In this document: positions 20,262-29,142 of the stretch, piece after piece
Numbering within the stretch: the stretch's first letter is position 1
Layout: every line of letters begins with the position of its first letter
Origin: an uncultured Methanosarcinales archaeon
Lineage (GTDB): Archaea > Nanobdellota > Nanobdellia > Woesearchaeales > CAZYIM01
DNA: 64,000 nucleotides
Assembly (NCBI GenBank): GCA_964647565.1
Contig: CAZYIM010000009.1
Location: forward strand, 1 to 64,000
Direction of reading: 5' to 3'
Position numbers and translations under genes: made by a program
The notes under the pieces: model-generated
Databases searched by the model: none
What the model was told of the DNA's origin: nothing
Seen by the model: only the letters and a program-made list of their open reading frames with translations

Positions 20262-21404
20262 ATGCCTCTAGAAAAAGAAATAAAAAAATGGAGAAAAAGA
20301 CTTGATATGTATGAATTTAAAAAACCCGAACCATTTTGGAAAAGAGCTTCGAGAACTGCACTTTTTATCGGGAGCAGTTTCATGTTAAGTTTTATGATTA
20401 TGAAAAATTTTGGAAATGATCCAACACAATACAACAAAGAACAACAAACTCAAATTAACTCAAGTGAACAAATTGGAAAAAAAGAAATTATCAATCCTAC
20501 CTCTGAAAATCTTAAGATAAGAGTAATTCAAGAGACAATAATCCCTCCTTCTGAACCATTGGAAATGAGATCTGATTTATTAGGAAACATGTACTGTATT
20601 TTCAAAGGCAAAGAAAAAGAAAGAATTGTAAATGTATATGATGGTATTAGGTTTAAACCTCAAACTATAATGAAACGCAACGATCTAATATGGGGAGGTG
20701 TGGATCGAGAAATGTTCAGGTATTTTTATTATGCTAATGAAGTTGGAGCAAACAGGATTGATTATAAGAAATATAATATTTATCTTTTAAAAAATAATAA
20801 AAATGGAAAAAAAATAACACATCATAAAATAGTCAGCGAAGAGTATGGGTACTGGAATGAAAAAGAAGAATTATTCCATTTGTTGGATGGCCGCTCTGAT
20901 TCGATCGGCAATAACTATATTATTGCATTAGTAAATTATAAAACAAATCATAGCTATGTCAATAGAACTCTTTCTATCAAAACTGATAACATGGGTGAAC
21001 TAATTAATAAAAAATTTGTTGTGCCAGATGTAGATAGAAGTTCGAAATTAAAAATAGGTAATGACAACAAATTATATGTTCACAGTCCAAATAAATCCAT
21101 TCATGTTTTCGATAATGACTGGAACTACCTAAATCAAATCGGATCCCCTAATGGAAATGGTGACGGACAATTTATGAAACCTCAAGATATCACAATAGGT
21201 CCTGATGGAAGTGTCTATATAGCAGATACCAGCAATCACAGGATCCAGAAGTTCGATCCTGACGGAGCATTTATTGCCAAATTCGGAGAATATGGTTCTG
21301 GCAAAGGACAGTTCAACTACCCCGCAAGAATCACTGTCGACAAGAACAGCAACGTCTATGTCTATGACAAGGGCAATAACAGGATACAGAAGTTCAGGTT
21401 TTGA
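20262..21404 (+). CDS. leader-tagged single-TM NHL-repeat protein (member 11)
   Basis: MPLEKEIKKWRKRL; TM segment; PQDITIGPDGSVYIADTSNHRIQKF NHL repeat. Confidence 0.85.
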   Translation: MPLEKEIKKWRKRLDMYEFKKPEPFWKRASRTALFIGSSFMLSFMIMKNFGNDPTQYNKEQQTQINSSEQIGKKEIINPTSENLKIRVIQETIIPPSEPLEMRSDLLGNMYCIFKGKEKERIVNVYDGIRFKPQTIMKRNDLIWGGVDREMFRYFYYANEVGANRIDYKKYNIYLLKNNKNGKKITHHKIVSEEYGYWNEKEELFHLLDGRSDSIGNNYIIALVNYKTNHSYVNRTLSIKTDNMGELINKKFVVPDVDRSSKLKIGNDNKLYVHSPNKSIHVFDNDWNYLNQIGSPNGNGDGQFMKPQDITIGPDGSVYIADTSNHRIQKFDPDGAFIAKFGEYGSGKGQFNYPARITVDKNSNVYVYDKGNNRIQKFRF

Positions 21405-21406
21405 AA

Positions 21407-22435
21407 ATGGGACTTGAAGAAGAAATCAAGAAAACAAAAAGGAAATTACATAGCTTGAATATCGAAGTTATACCCAAAATGCCTGTTTATAAAAAAATAC
21501 CTAAAAGCTGGTTTTTATGGGGTGTAGGAATCTTATTTTTGAGCTTCTTGGGTTATACGGGCATCACTAAAATACCCTTCTCACAACCCAGTACAAAAAC
21601 GCCTGTAAGATCATCAACCTATAATCCCCCAAATGGCTCAGACCTTTATCAAAGGAAAACAGGCGATCTTTCGAAAATCGATCCCACTCCTGTAAAGATT
21701 GTAAACACGAAGAAAAAAAAAGATCTCTCAAAAATCAAACCTATATTCGAGGAAATCCCTATAAGGAACAAATATCAAACTAATTTGGCGGAAAACAATA
21801 TTGCTGCAGAATCTCCTTCTCGTTACTCTAGTAGAGAACTTGAAATTTATATGACCCAGGGAGCAAAACTTTCTAATCTTGGAAGATATGATGACGCATT
21901 GAATTACTATGACAGAGCACTAGCCATAGAGCCTAATAATCAGAAAATCCGAAGCAGTAAAGGCCTTGCACTTCTACGCCAGGGTAGTTCGCTTCAGAAA
22001 AAAGGAAAACTTGATTTGGGCATTGAAAAATTTCTTGATGCAAAAAAATTTCTTACAGATAAAAGTCCTGCAAATACAGGATTATATACTTGCTATCTTG
22101 ACAAAGGAATTGATGCATTTAACACTAAATCATTCCGGACTTCACTCGTTTCATTTAATAATGCTCTCAGATATCAATCAAATGGCGCCAAAGCAATGGA
22201 ACTTAAAGGTGCTGCCCTATTTTATCTGAATCAAATTAATGAATCTAAAACCTGGATTGATAGAGCTCTAAAACAAAAAGAAACAGATTTTGGCTATTAT
22301 TATCAGGGTCATATCCATTTCAAACTAGGTAATGTAATAGAAGGTGGTAATTCCTGGATAAAAGGCAGAGCAATTGACCCTACGGGATATTGTGCAAGAC
22401 CTGGTAAGTCAACAGACATACGTAAAGCCCAGTAA
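21407..22435 (+). CDS. leader-tagged single-TM TPR protein (member 12)
   Basis: start re-called at MGLEEEIKKTKRKL; TM segment WFLWGVGILFLSFLGY; YDDALNYYDRALAIEP TPR motif. Confidence 0.85.
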   Translation: MGLEEEIKKTKRKLHSLNIEVIPKMPVYKKIPKSWFLWGVGILFLSFLGYTGITKIPFSQPSTKTPVRSSTYNPPNGSDLYQRKTGDLSKIDPTPVKIVNTKKKKDLSKIKPIFEEIPIRNKYQTNLAENNIAAESPSRYSSRELEIYMTQGAKLSNLGRYDDALNYYDRALAIEPNNQKIRSSKGLALLRQGSSLQKKGKLDLGIEKFLDAKKFLTDKSPANTGLYTCYLDKGIDAFNTKSFRTSLVSFNNALRYQSNGAKAMELKGAALFYLNQINESKTWIDRALKQKETDFGYYYQGHIHFKLGNVIEGGNSWIKGRAIDPTGYCARPGKSTDIRKAQ

Positions 22436-22463
22436 CCTCTCTACAAAGGATTGAAAGATTAAA

Positions 22464-22955
22464 ATGCCGCTTGAACACGATGTACAAAGTATGAGGGAAT
22501 TGCTCAAAACTCTGAATATAGAAATCAAGAAAGGCCCTTTGACTGAAGAAGAGTATCGTGAATTAATTGATCAAGCTTTAGAAGAAGTTAGACTAAAGAA
22601 AGAAGTTGTGGTAAAAGAGCTTGAAAGACTAAAAAAAGGTGACTTTGAAAGCAGGTTAACTGATTTAATACTAAAAGAGAAATATTCGCAGATGAGAAGT
22701 GTCCTGATAGCTGCAAACGATAGATTTGGAAGACATGGAAAATATAGTATAATTGGAAGAAAGCTGACAACTCTTGAGAAATTAAGATATAAAATTCCTA
22801 AAAAAGTGGAAGAATCAAACATTTATGATTTGGAAGAAAAGATTGTTGCGAAGATCAAGAAGTTAAGAGGAAGAAATGTGGACGTGCATTATCTAGAAAA
22901 AGAACTGAACAGACTCGATCCAGATTATGAAATAAAGGGAAAGCCTTCAAAATAA
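22464..22955 (+). CDS. leader-tagged hypothetical helical protein (member 13)
   Basis: MPLEHDVQSMRELL leader. Confidence 0.8.
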   Translation: MPLEHDVQSMRELLKTLNIEIKKGPLTEEEYRELIDQALEEVRLKKEVVVKELERLKKGDFESRLTDLILKEKYSQMRSVLIAANDRFGRHGKYSIIGRKLTTLEKLRYKIPKKVEESNIYDLEEKIVAKIKKLRGRNVDVHYLEKELNRLDPDYEIKGKPSK

Positions 22956-22965
22956 TTATAGAAAA

Positions 22966-23823
22966 ATGCCTCTAGAAGAAGACATAAAAAAAACAAAGCA
23001 ACTCCTCGAAGGTCTCGACATCCAACTCAAGAAGGAGATATTGGCAGCTGGCGCTATTAAATTGACTGAAAAGGATCTGATGGTTGAGAAGGCTCTCAAT
23101 CATTATCTTGAAAATTCTTCACAAGAGATAAGCAATAGTTGTATTGGGAAGAGCATTAATGCTATGGATGCATTCTATTTTACATTCAAAGATAAATCAG
23201 AAGAAAAGTTCGAATTGACTGATAGCATCTATCACAAGAATGAAGAGCTAGAAGAGATTACTTTTCACAGTCTTAAGAAATTCCATGAGAAAGTTAATCC
23301 TGAATTTCTCATATTGATGGAATCAATCTATGATGAAATGGATCAACTTCTTCCAGAATATGCAAAGGAGTTTGACAATCTGCTAAATCCTACCAACAAA
23401 GAAGAAGAGAAGAGTTATCCTGGAATGGATTTCAAGAAATGGACTGAGATGGCGGGAAAAGAGGAAAAGGGAACCTATACACCAGATTTTATGAGGAATC
23501 CATTACCACCCATTCAAACGCATAGCCCATTCCCAACTAAACCAAAAGAAGAGCCTTTTGCCTATAAGCCTGACTTCATGAAGATGAAAATACCTCAGAT
23601 TTCAAATGAAAGTCATATAGACGAGAAATATACGCCCTTGCTCGATTTGTTACATGAATCTGTATCTGATAAAGAAATGACTGTTATGAAACTCCATACC
23701 GAACTGTCTAAAGTAACTCATGACAATTCAATAACTATGGCAAGGCATCTGCAGTTCAGACAAGCCAGCCAGCTATTGCAACCATTTTCAGATCTGGATA
23801 TCATACTTTATCTTATCAGGTAG
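22966..23823 (+). CDS. leader-tagged hypothetical protein (member 14); frame stays open past the TAG to 23952
   Basis: MPLEEDIKKTKQLL leader; 42 further sense codons after the TAG at 23821-23823. Confidence 0.75.
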   Translation: MPLEEDIKKTKQLLEGLDIQLKKEILAAGAIKLTEKDLMVEKALNHYLENSSQEISNSCIGKSINAMDAFYFTFKDKSEEKFELTDSIYHKNEELEEITFHSLKKFHEKVNPEFLILMESIYDEMDQLLPEYAKEFDNLLNPTNKEEEKSYPGMDFKKWTEMAGKEEKGTYTPDFMRNPLPPIQTHSPFPTKPKEEPFAYKPDFMKMKIPQISNESHIDEKYTPLLDLLHESVSDKEMTVMKLHTELSKVTHDNSITMARHLQFRQASQLLQPFSDLDIILYLIR

Positions 23824-23948
23824 GCTGTGACTGAAGATGTTAAACTAGATCCCATAAAACTGAACAAGATGAGCAGGCAGGACATGATCAGCACATTCCT
23901 AAGCCATGAAGGCTATTGGATGCAAAGAGAGTTCGGGCTGGTGAAGAA

Positions 23949-25247
23949 ATGAGTCTAATCGAAGATATTTGGGAAGCGAAGAGAACCTTGGAATCGCTAG
24001 TAATAAACGTGTATGAAACAATAGAAATAACACCCAATCCTGAAGATCTTTCCCTTGAAAAGAAAATGGACTTCGGATTTCCAACAAAGGGAGGTAACTT
24101 TGCTAGAACAGGTTTTGTGGATTTCAGCACAAAAGAGCCTTCAGAGACCATGGTGCTGTTTCTGGCAACAAAGATAAGTGAGGGAACCTCTCTTTTCGCA
24201 TATAAGCCGAATCCTAAGCCAGAACTCATCTGGACTATGCCACTAGAAAAGGATTGGATAGGATCTGAATTTGTTTCCAAAAAAAATGTAGCTGTCGGAT
24301 ACAACAGGATTTATGCTATAACCCAACATCTGAAATCGTGGTTGAACATCCTTGATTTCAAGGGAAATCATCTTGAGCGAGTTCAACTCGATTACGTTGC
24401 AGCCAGATATTCCCACCCAATGGTTTATGGTCATGACAGCCTTTTGTTATCATCGCAAAAAAATATGTATTGTTATGACAGGGATGGCAAGCTGAAATGG
24501 GAGACTGAACATCCTGCAGCATTTAGTTATCCACCAACAATCGGAAAAGATGGAATCTATTATGTTTCAGACAGAGGTACAGTATCTGCAGCCTATAATC
24601 TGGATGGTACAAAAAAGTGGATTGTTCAGCATAGGGATGGAGAAATGCCATTCATAACTGCTTATTCAAAATCATCACCAATACTGTTTAATGACATGGC
24701 AATCTATGGATTATGGAAAGGAGTTGTTGCACTTGATAGAAAAACAGGTCAACAAAGATGGAAATTCAATGTAAATAGTAATTCGGATCATGATTCAACA
24801 GTTCCAGCCCTATATGACAATAAGATATTCTATAGATTCTGGTCTGTCAGCGATGAAAGACTCATCTGTCTGGATGCAAGAGATGGTAGAAAACTCTGGG
24901 AAACAGGGGTTAGAGATAACAATGACAAACCACCGGTTATTGACCAGGGAAGAATATTTCTTCCTCAAGCTCGTTCAGTAGCTGGCTATAACCTGACAGA
25001 GAGAGGAATTAATTCAAAGTTTAACTTGAACATAGATGTACATAATAATTATATTAATGGCCTTGCAGTACTTGAAGACTTTCTGGCTGTTGGCATAGAT
25101 TGCATAAAGACAATCTTTGTTGATGTTAGCAAGGCAAATGGGGAGTGCAAGTTAACTGAACTAGGAGAAGGAAACTACTCAATTCTAGAGCAGGGAAACG
25201 CTACAAATCCGATAATAATAAGATATGATAAGGAACTAGTAAAGTAA
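23949..25247 (+). CDS. leader-tagged PQQ/BamB-like beta-propeller (member 15)
   Basis: start re-called at MSLIEDIWEAKRTL; GNFARTG, CYDRDGKLKW and LDARDGRKLW motifs. Confidence 0.85.
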   Translation: MSLIEDIWEAKRTLESLVINVYETIEITPNPEDLSLEKKMDFGFPTKGGNFARTGFVDFSTKEPSETMVLFLATKISEGTSLFAYKPNPKPELIWTMPLEKDWIGSEFVSKKNVAVGYNRIYAITQHLKSWLNILDFKGNHLERVQLDYVAARYSHPMVYGHDSLLLSSQKNMYCYDRDGKLKWETEHPAAFSYPPTIGKDGIYYVSDRGTVSAAYNLDGTKKWIVQHRDGEMPFITAYSKSSPILFNDMAIYGLWKGVVALDRKTGQQRWKFNVNSNSDHDSTVPALYDNKIFYRFWSVSDERLICLDARDGRKLWETGVRDNNDKPPVIDQGRIFLPQARSVAGYNLTERGINSKFNLNIDVHNNYINGLAVLEDFLAVGIDCIKTIFVDVSKANGECKLTELGEGNYSILEQGNATNPIIIRYDKELVK

Positions 25248-25248
25248 G

Positions 25249-26643
25249 ATGTCACTTGAAAAAGAAGTTCGGAAAACAAAGAAAAAGCTTCAAACATTAG
25301 AAATCGAGGTCAAGATATCAGAGTTAGAATTAGAGAAAAAATTCAATCTTGGTAATAAGACCTATCATGGAGATTATTCCAAAACCAGATCAGTTGATAT
25401 TAGAACTTCATCCGACGAAAGCGATCTTTTAGTATTATCAAGAAATTTGGACAACGAAATTAATGTATATCGACCGTTACCAGACTTGAATGTTCAGCCT
25501 TTTTGGGGGATTAATATGGAAACAAATAAAGAAGGATGGGCTGGTCTTCAAACATCCACTATAGGTATTGGTTATAACAGGCTTTTTATTGTTACTCATG
25601 CTTATATGCAGATAGAAAGCCCTGAGGATGTCAATGCCTGCAAATCTTTTTTGAACATTTATGATTTCAAGGGCAACCTTTTACATAAAAAAAATATTGA
25701 TAAAGAGTTAGGCACCATATATGGTAAGGAAATTTTCGGAGGACCTAGTGTTGTTTATAAAAATAATTCTTTAATTGTTCATACAGCTGCAAAATATGTT
25801 TGTTTTGATAGGGATGGCAATAAGAAATGGGATTTTACAAAATCAAAGAATAATGAAAAATTCAGGATCCTGTATCATCCAGAAATGACCGAGGATGCAA
25901 TTTATGCACATTATATGTTTGAAGATGGGAATACCTATAAGGTTGCCAAACTGGACTATGATGGACAGATATTATGGGAATCACCAGGAGCGCATAGTTT
26001 CGGACCATTTATCTACAAAGATCTTTTTATCTTTTACGAGAGTAAGAATCTTGTTGCTTTAGACAAGGATGGAAAACGAGAATGGAAATATACTCTGGAT
26101 AAAGGGAAATTCTATTCAAATGTTGTTCTTCACAAAGACAAGATACTAGTTTTGATAGATCCCAATCCTAAAAATAGCATAAAAATCTACGGATATGATG
26201 AAACAGTAGTTCATGATTTTTTAAGCATAGATGCCATTACCGGAAAAACTGTCTGGAAAGATCAATTAATCCTTCCAGGAAAATATAGTTTCGCATCAAG
26301 TATAAACAATAAGATATATGCAAATACTTCAGATGAAAATGATAAATATGAATCAACATATGAGTATATATTCACAGAAACTGGAATAAGCGAAGGCTGG
26401 CGTCGCAAACTGCCTATAGCAATCCATTATAGCGAAATAGCAATGAGGAATAATTTAATGGCCTACAATGCGGGCATATTAAGTACGCTAAAAGAGCCAT
26501 ATACAACTGTATTATTAGATATGGAAAAAATCAGAAAAAATTCACCTCCTCCATTAAAAATAAGTGAAGATACATATGCATTGATAAAGAAATGCGATCG
26601 TCAACCTTTGATAATAGAATGCGACAAAGAGCTACTCGATTAA
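25249..26643 (+). CDS. leader-tagged PQQ/BamB-like beta-propeller (member 16)
   Basis: MSLEKEVRKTKKKL; GYNRLF, CFDRDGNKKW and IDAITGKTVW motifs. Confidence 0.85.
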   Translation: MSLEKEVRKTKKKLQTLEIEVKISELELEKKFNLGNKTYHGDYSKTRSVDIRTSSDESDLLVLSRNLDNEINVYRPLPDLNVQPFWGINMETNKEGWAGLQTSTIGIGYNRLFIVTHAYMQIESPEDVNACKSFLNIYDFKGNLLHKKNIDKELGTIYGKEIFGGPSVVYKNNSLIVHTAAKYVCFDRDGNKKWDFTKSKNNEKFRILYHPEMTEDAIYAHYMFEDGNTYKVAKLDYDGQILWESPGAHSFGPFIYKDLFIFYESKNLVALDKDGKREWKYTLDKGKFYSNVVLHKDKILVLIDPNPKNSIKIYGYDETVVHDFLSIDAITGKTVWKDQLILPGKYSFASSINNKIYANTSDENDKYESTYEYIFTETGISEGWRRKLPIAIHYSEIAMRNNLMAYNAGILSTLKEPYTTVLLDMEKIRKNSPPPLKISEDTYALIKKCDRQPLIIECDKELLD

Positions 26644-26644
26644 G

Positions 26645-27364
26645 ATGTCACTTGAAGAAGATGTACAACAAGCTAGGCGACAGTTAAGAAGATTAGAAAT
26701 TAAGATATATGAAGCTCCAATTGAAATACCTAAAAAAATAAAAAAAAAGAAAAGAAGATTAAAAGTTTGGCTCACAAGTCTGGTTTCGATTGTTGTACTG
26801 GCCACAGGAGGATATTTTGGCTACAACCCTGCTACGAACTTGATCGATAACATCAAGGAGAACAGACTGATTACAAGTATAGAAAATTCAAATCCAACAA
26901 TCGGCAGAAAGGAATCTATCATCAGCACCAATCCTAGAGATTATAAGACAGTACGGGAGCTCCAGATGTTCTGGATAAACCAAGGCAACTCATATCTTGA
27001 AGAATTCAAGTTTAAACAGGCACAATCCTGCTACGACAAGGTAAACGAAGTTGAGTTTGATGAAGAAACTTGGGATGGCATGACTAATGGTGATGTCTTG
27101 GGCTCAGCTAATTCGATGCTCAACTCTGCAACTGCTGTGGGTTTGTATATATTCACAGACTGGCTATTGGATGAGGGCGTACCAAAACTGAATTCAAGAC
27201 ATGAAAAGCTAGCGCATCTTGCCTCTAAGTTCGAGGAAGGGAACGATTATGAAAGCTCATTATACTATTACAAAAAAGCTTACACATTGAATAAAAAACA
27301 ATCCTACAAAGACGGAATAGACAGAACACAAAAAAAATTCAAAGAACAACAAGATGCCACTTGA
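26645..27364 (+). CDS. leader-tagged single-TM TPR-like protein (member 17)
   Basis: MSLEEDVQQARRQL; TM segment; SLYYYKKAYTLN. Confidence 0.8.
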   Translation: MSLEEDVQQARRQLRRLEIKIYEAPIEIPKKIKKKKRRLKVWLTSLVSIVVLATGGYFGYNPATNLIDNIKENRLITSIENSNPTIGRKESIISTNPRDYKTVRELQMFWINQGNSYLEEFKFKQAQSCYDKVNEVEFDEETWDGMTNGDVLGSANSMLNSATAVGLYIFTDWLLDEGVPKLNSRHEKLAHLASKFEEGNDYESSLYYYKKAYTLNKKQSYKDGIDRTQKKFKEQQDAT

Positions 27365-29141
27365 AGAAGATATTTATCGTATCAGGAAAAAATTAAAGAG
27401 ATTAGATATTAAGCTAGTCAAGAAAACAAGTAAAACAAGAAGAAGTTTGACCTACATTACAGCAGCATTGTTATTAATCAGCGGAGGATATGCTAGCTAT
27501 AAAATTGGTGGCCCAATAATAGAAAACACTCAAAAAAAAGGATTTATCAATAATATTCTAGATAAGTATCCAGAAATACTAGAAAAGGAAAAGATTGCTA
27601 ATGACAATCCTCGGGAATTGCATAGCGTATTTGATGTTATATGGTTCTGGCATCAACAAGGAGATTCTTGCCTTTCAGAATTTGAACTGAAAAAATCTAG
27701 TTACTGCTACAATAGGATTCTCGATGTAAAAATCGAATATTGGCAATCCGGAAAAGAACCTGCTCCTGGCGAAGTTGGTTTTTTTAACTGGAACTATTCA
27801 CACATGGGCCGTAAGCATGCAGAAAAATACTTGAGCTTCATAAGCGAACTTAAAAAAAAAGATCTTCCTGAATTTGAACATAGATATGAAAAGATGACCT
27901 TTATCGCGGATGAATGGGTTAAAATAGAAGAATTACAGGATGCACTTTATTATTATGAAAAAGCATTTGAGTTAAATAAATCTGAAGAGTATAAACAAAA
28001 TATCGACAAGGTTCTTGAACTGATCAAAATACAAAACGCGAAAATAAACGCTGAACTAAAAGCTCAGTCTGAGAAGGAAAAAACAAGCAAAGGTTTACAA
28101 ACTGAAGAGAGTAAAAGTCTTAAAACAAATCCGCCGCCTGCTGTAAAAGAGAAAAAGCCCATAGTAACTCCAAAGAAAATAATTCTTGATCCTAATGAAG
28201 AGAAGCTGTTCTATATGGTAGATGTTCCAAAAAAAGAAATGCCTCACATCCCCTCACCTTCATGGAGACGCAAGGATGGCGATATTAAAGCTATTTATAT
28301 GCTGAATGAAAAGGGAAAATCTCGCAAGGATGACTATCTAGTAATCGCTATGGATGCTAATATAGAAGCGTTAACTGTTTTCAACAATGAATTATATATG
28401 GCACACCAGTCGAGCTCAGTGGAACCCTATACTGATTTTGAGGGGGATATAATCGTTAAAATCATAAATAAAGAAGGTCAAGTCGTGAGGATCCCTATTG
28501 CAGATAGAAGGAACTTAACCACAACAACCCTTGTTAGCGGCGAAATAGATCATCCAAGAAATTCTATACATGCTATTCAAGAATTCAACAATCAATTGCT
28601 GGATGGAGGTTCATATCCCTGGATTTTCAAAGCATTGGACTCTAATGGACACGCCATTAACAGAAAGTTCTTCAACACAGGACTTATATGGATTGATGAT
28701 ATTGCGGGGCTGGGCAGCACTCTTTACTATTCAGGAAGCTTGCCCGCTGAGATCTGCAGATTAGAGAATAATAATGGAGAGTTGGAGAAAAGAACAATCT
28801 TAACAAGACCCGACAAATACATACATGAACTCGAAGTATTGAACAATGAGCTATATGCAGCAATAAGCAATACTGCCTCTACCAAAGGCCAGATTCAGAT
28901 TATAAAGGCTGTAAATGCTGCTGGGCAGACAGTCAGCCAGCTGATAGCATCAAGAAACTCAACCATTTACGCCCTTGCTGTTCTTAACAATGAGCTATAT
29001 GATGCAGGTTTCTATAAGAAAATCATCAAGACCATAAATACAGAAGGCAAAGTTGTAAATCATACTATTCGGGATCTGCATGAAACAGTCTATGCGATGT
29101 GTGTTGGAAAGGTAAACTTCCAACCGCAAGTAAAGAATTAA
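27354..29141 (+). CDS. leader-tagged single-TM TPR-like protein with C-terminal repeat (probable propeller) domain (member 18)
   Basis: MPLEEDIYRIRKKL; N-terminal half resembles member 17; repeated L.V[FL]NNELY units. Confidence 0.8.
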   Translation: MPLEEDIYRIRKKLKRLDIKLVKKTSKTRRSLTYITAALLLISGGYASYKIGGPIIENTQKKGFINNILDKYPEILEKEKIANDNPRELHSVFDVIWFWHQQGDSCLSEFELKKSSYCYNRILDVKIEYWQSGKEPAPGEVGFFNWNYSHMGRKHAEKYLSFISELKKKDLPEFEHRYEKMTFIADEWVKIEELQDALYYYEKAFELNKSEEYKQNIDKVLELIKIQNAKINAELKAQSEKEKTSKGLQTEESKSLKTNPPPAVKEKKPIVTPKKIILDPNEEKLFYMVDVPKKEMPHIPSPSWRRKDGDIKAIYMLNEKGKSRKDDYLVIAMDANIEALTVFNNELYMAHQSSSVEPYTDFEGDIIVKIINKEGQVVRIPIADRRNLTTTTLVSGEIDHPRNSIHAIQEFNNQLLDGGSYPWIFKALDSNGHAINRKFFNTGLIWIDDIAGLGSTLYYSGSLPAEICRLENNNGELEKRTILTRPDKYIHELEVLNNELYAAISNTASTKGQIQIIKAVNAAGQTVSQLIASRNSTIYALAVLNNELYDAGFYKKIIKTINTEGKVVNHTIRDLHETVYAMCVGKVNFQPQVKN

Positions 29142-29142
29142 A

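Noticed and set aside
23821..23823. Genome-wide TAG recoding as the cause of the internal stop
   Set aside because: Other genes end at TAG directly before the next gene (454, 8326, 14285), so TAG is a normal stop here.
26730..26760. A-rich run as a possible phase-variation tract
   Set aside because: It encodes the basic Lys/Arg stretch before a TM helix and the frame is intact; such runs are common in this AT-rich sequence.
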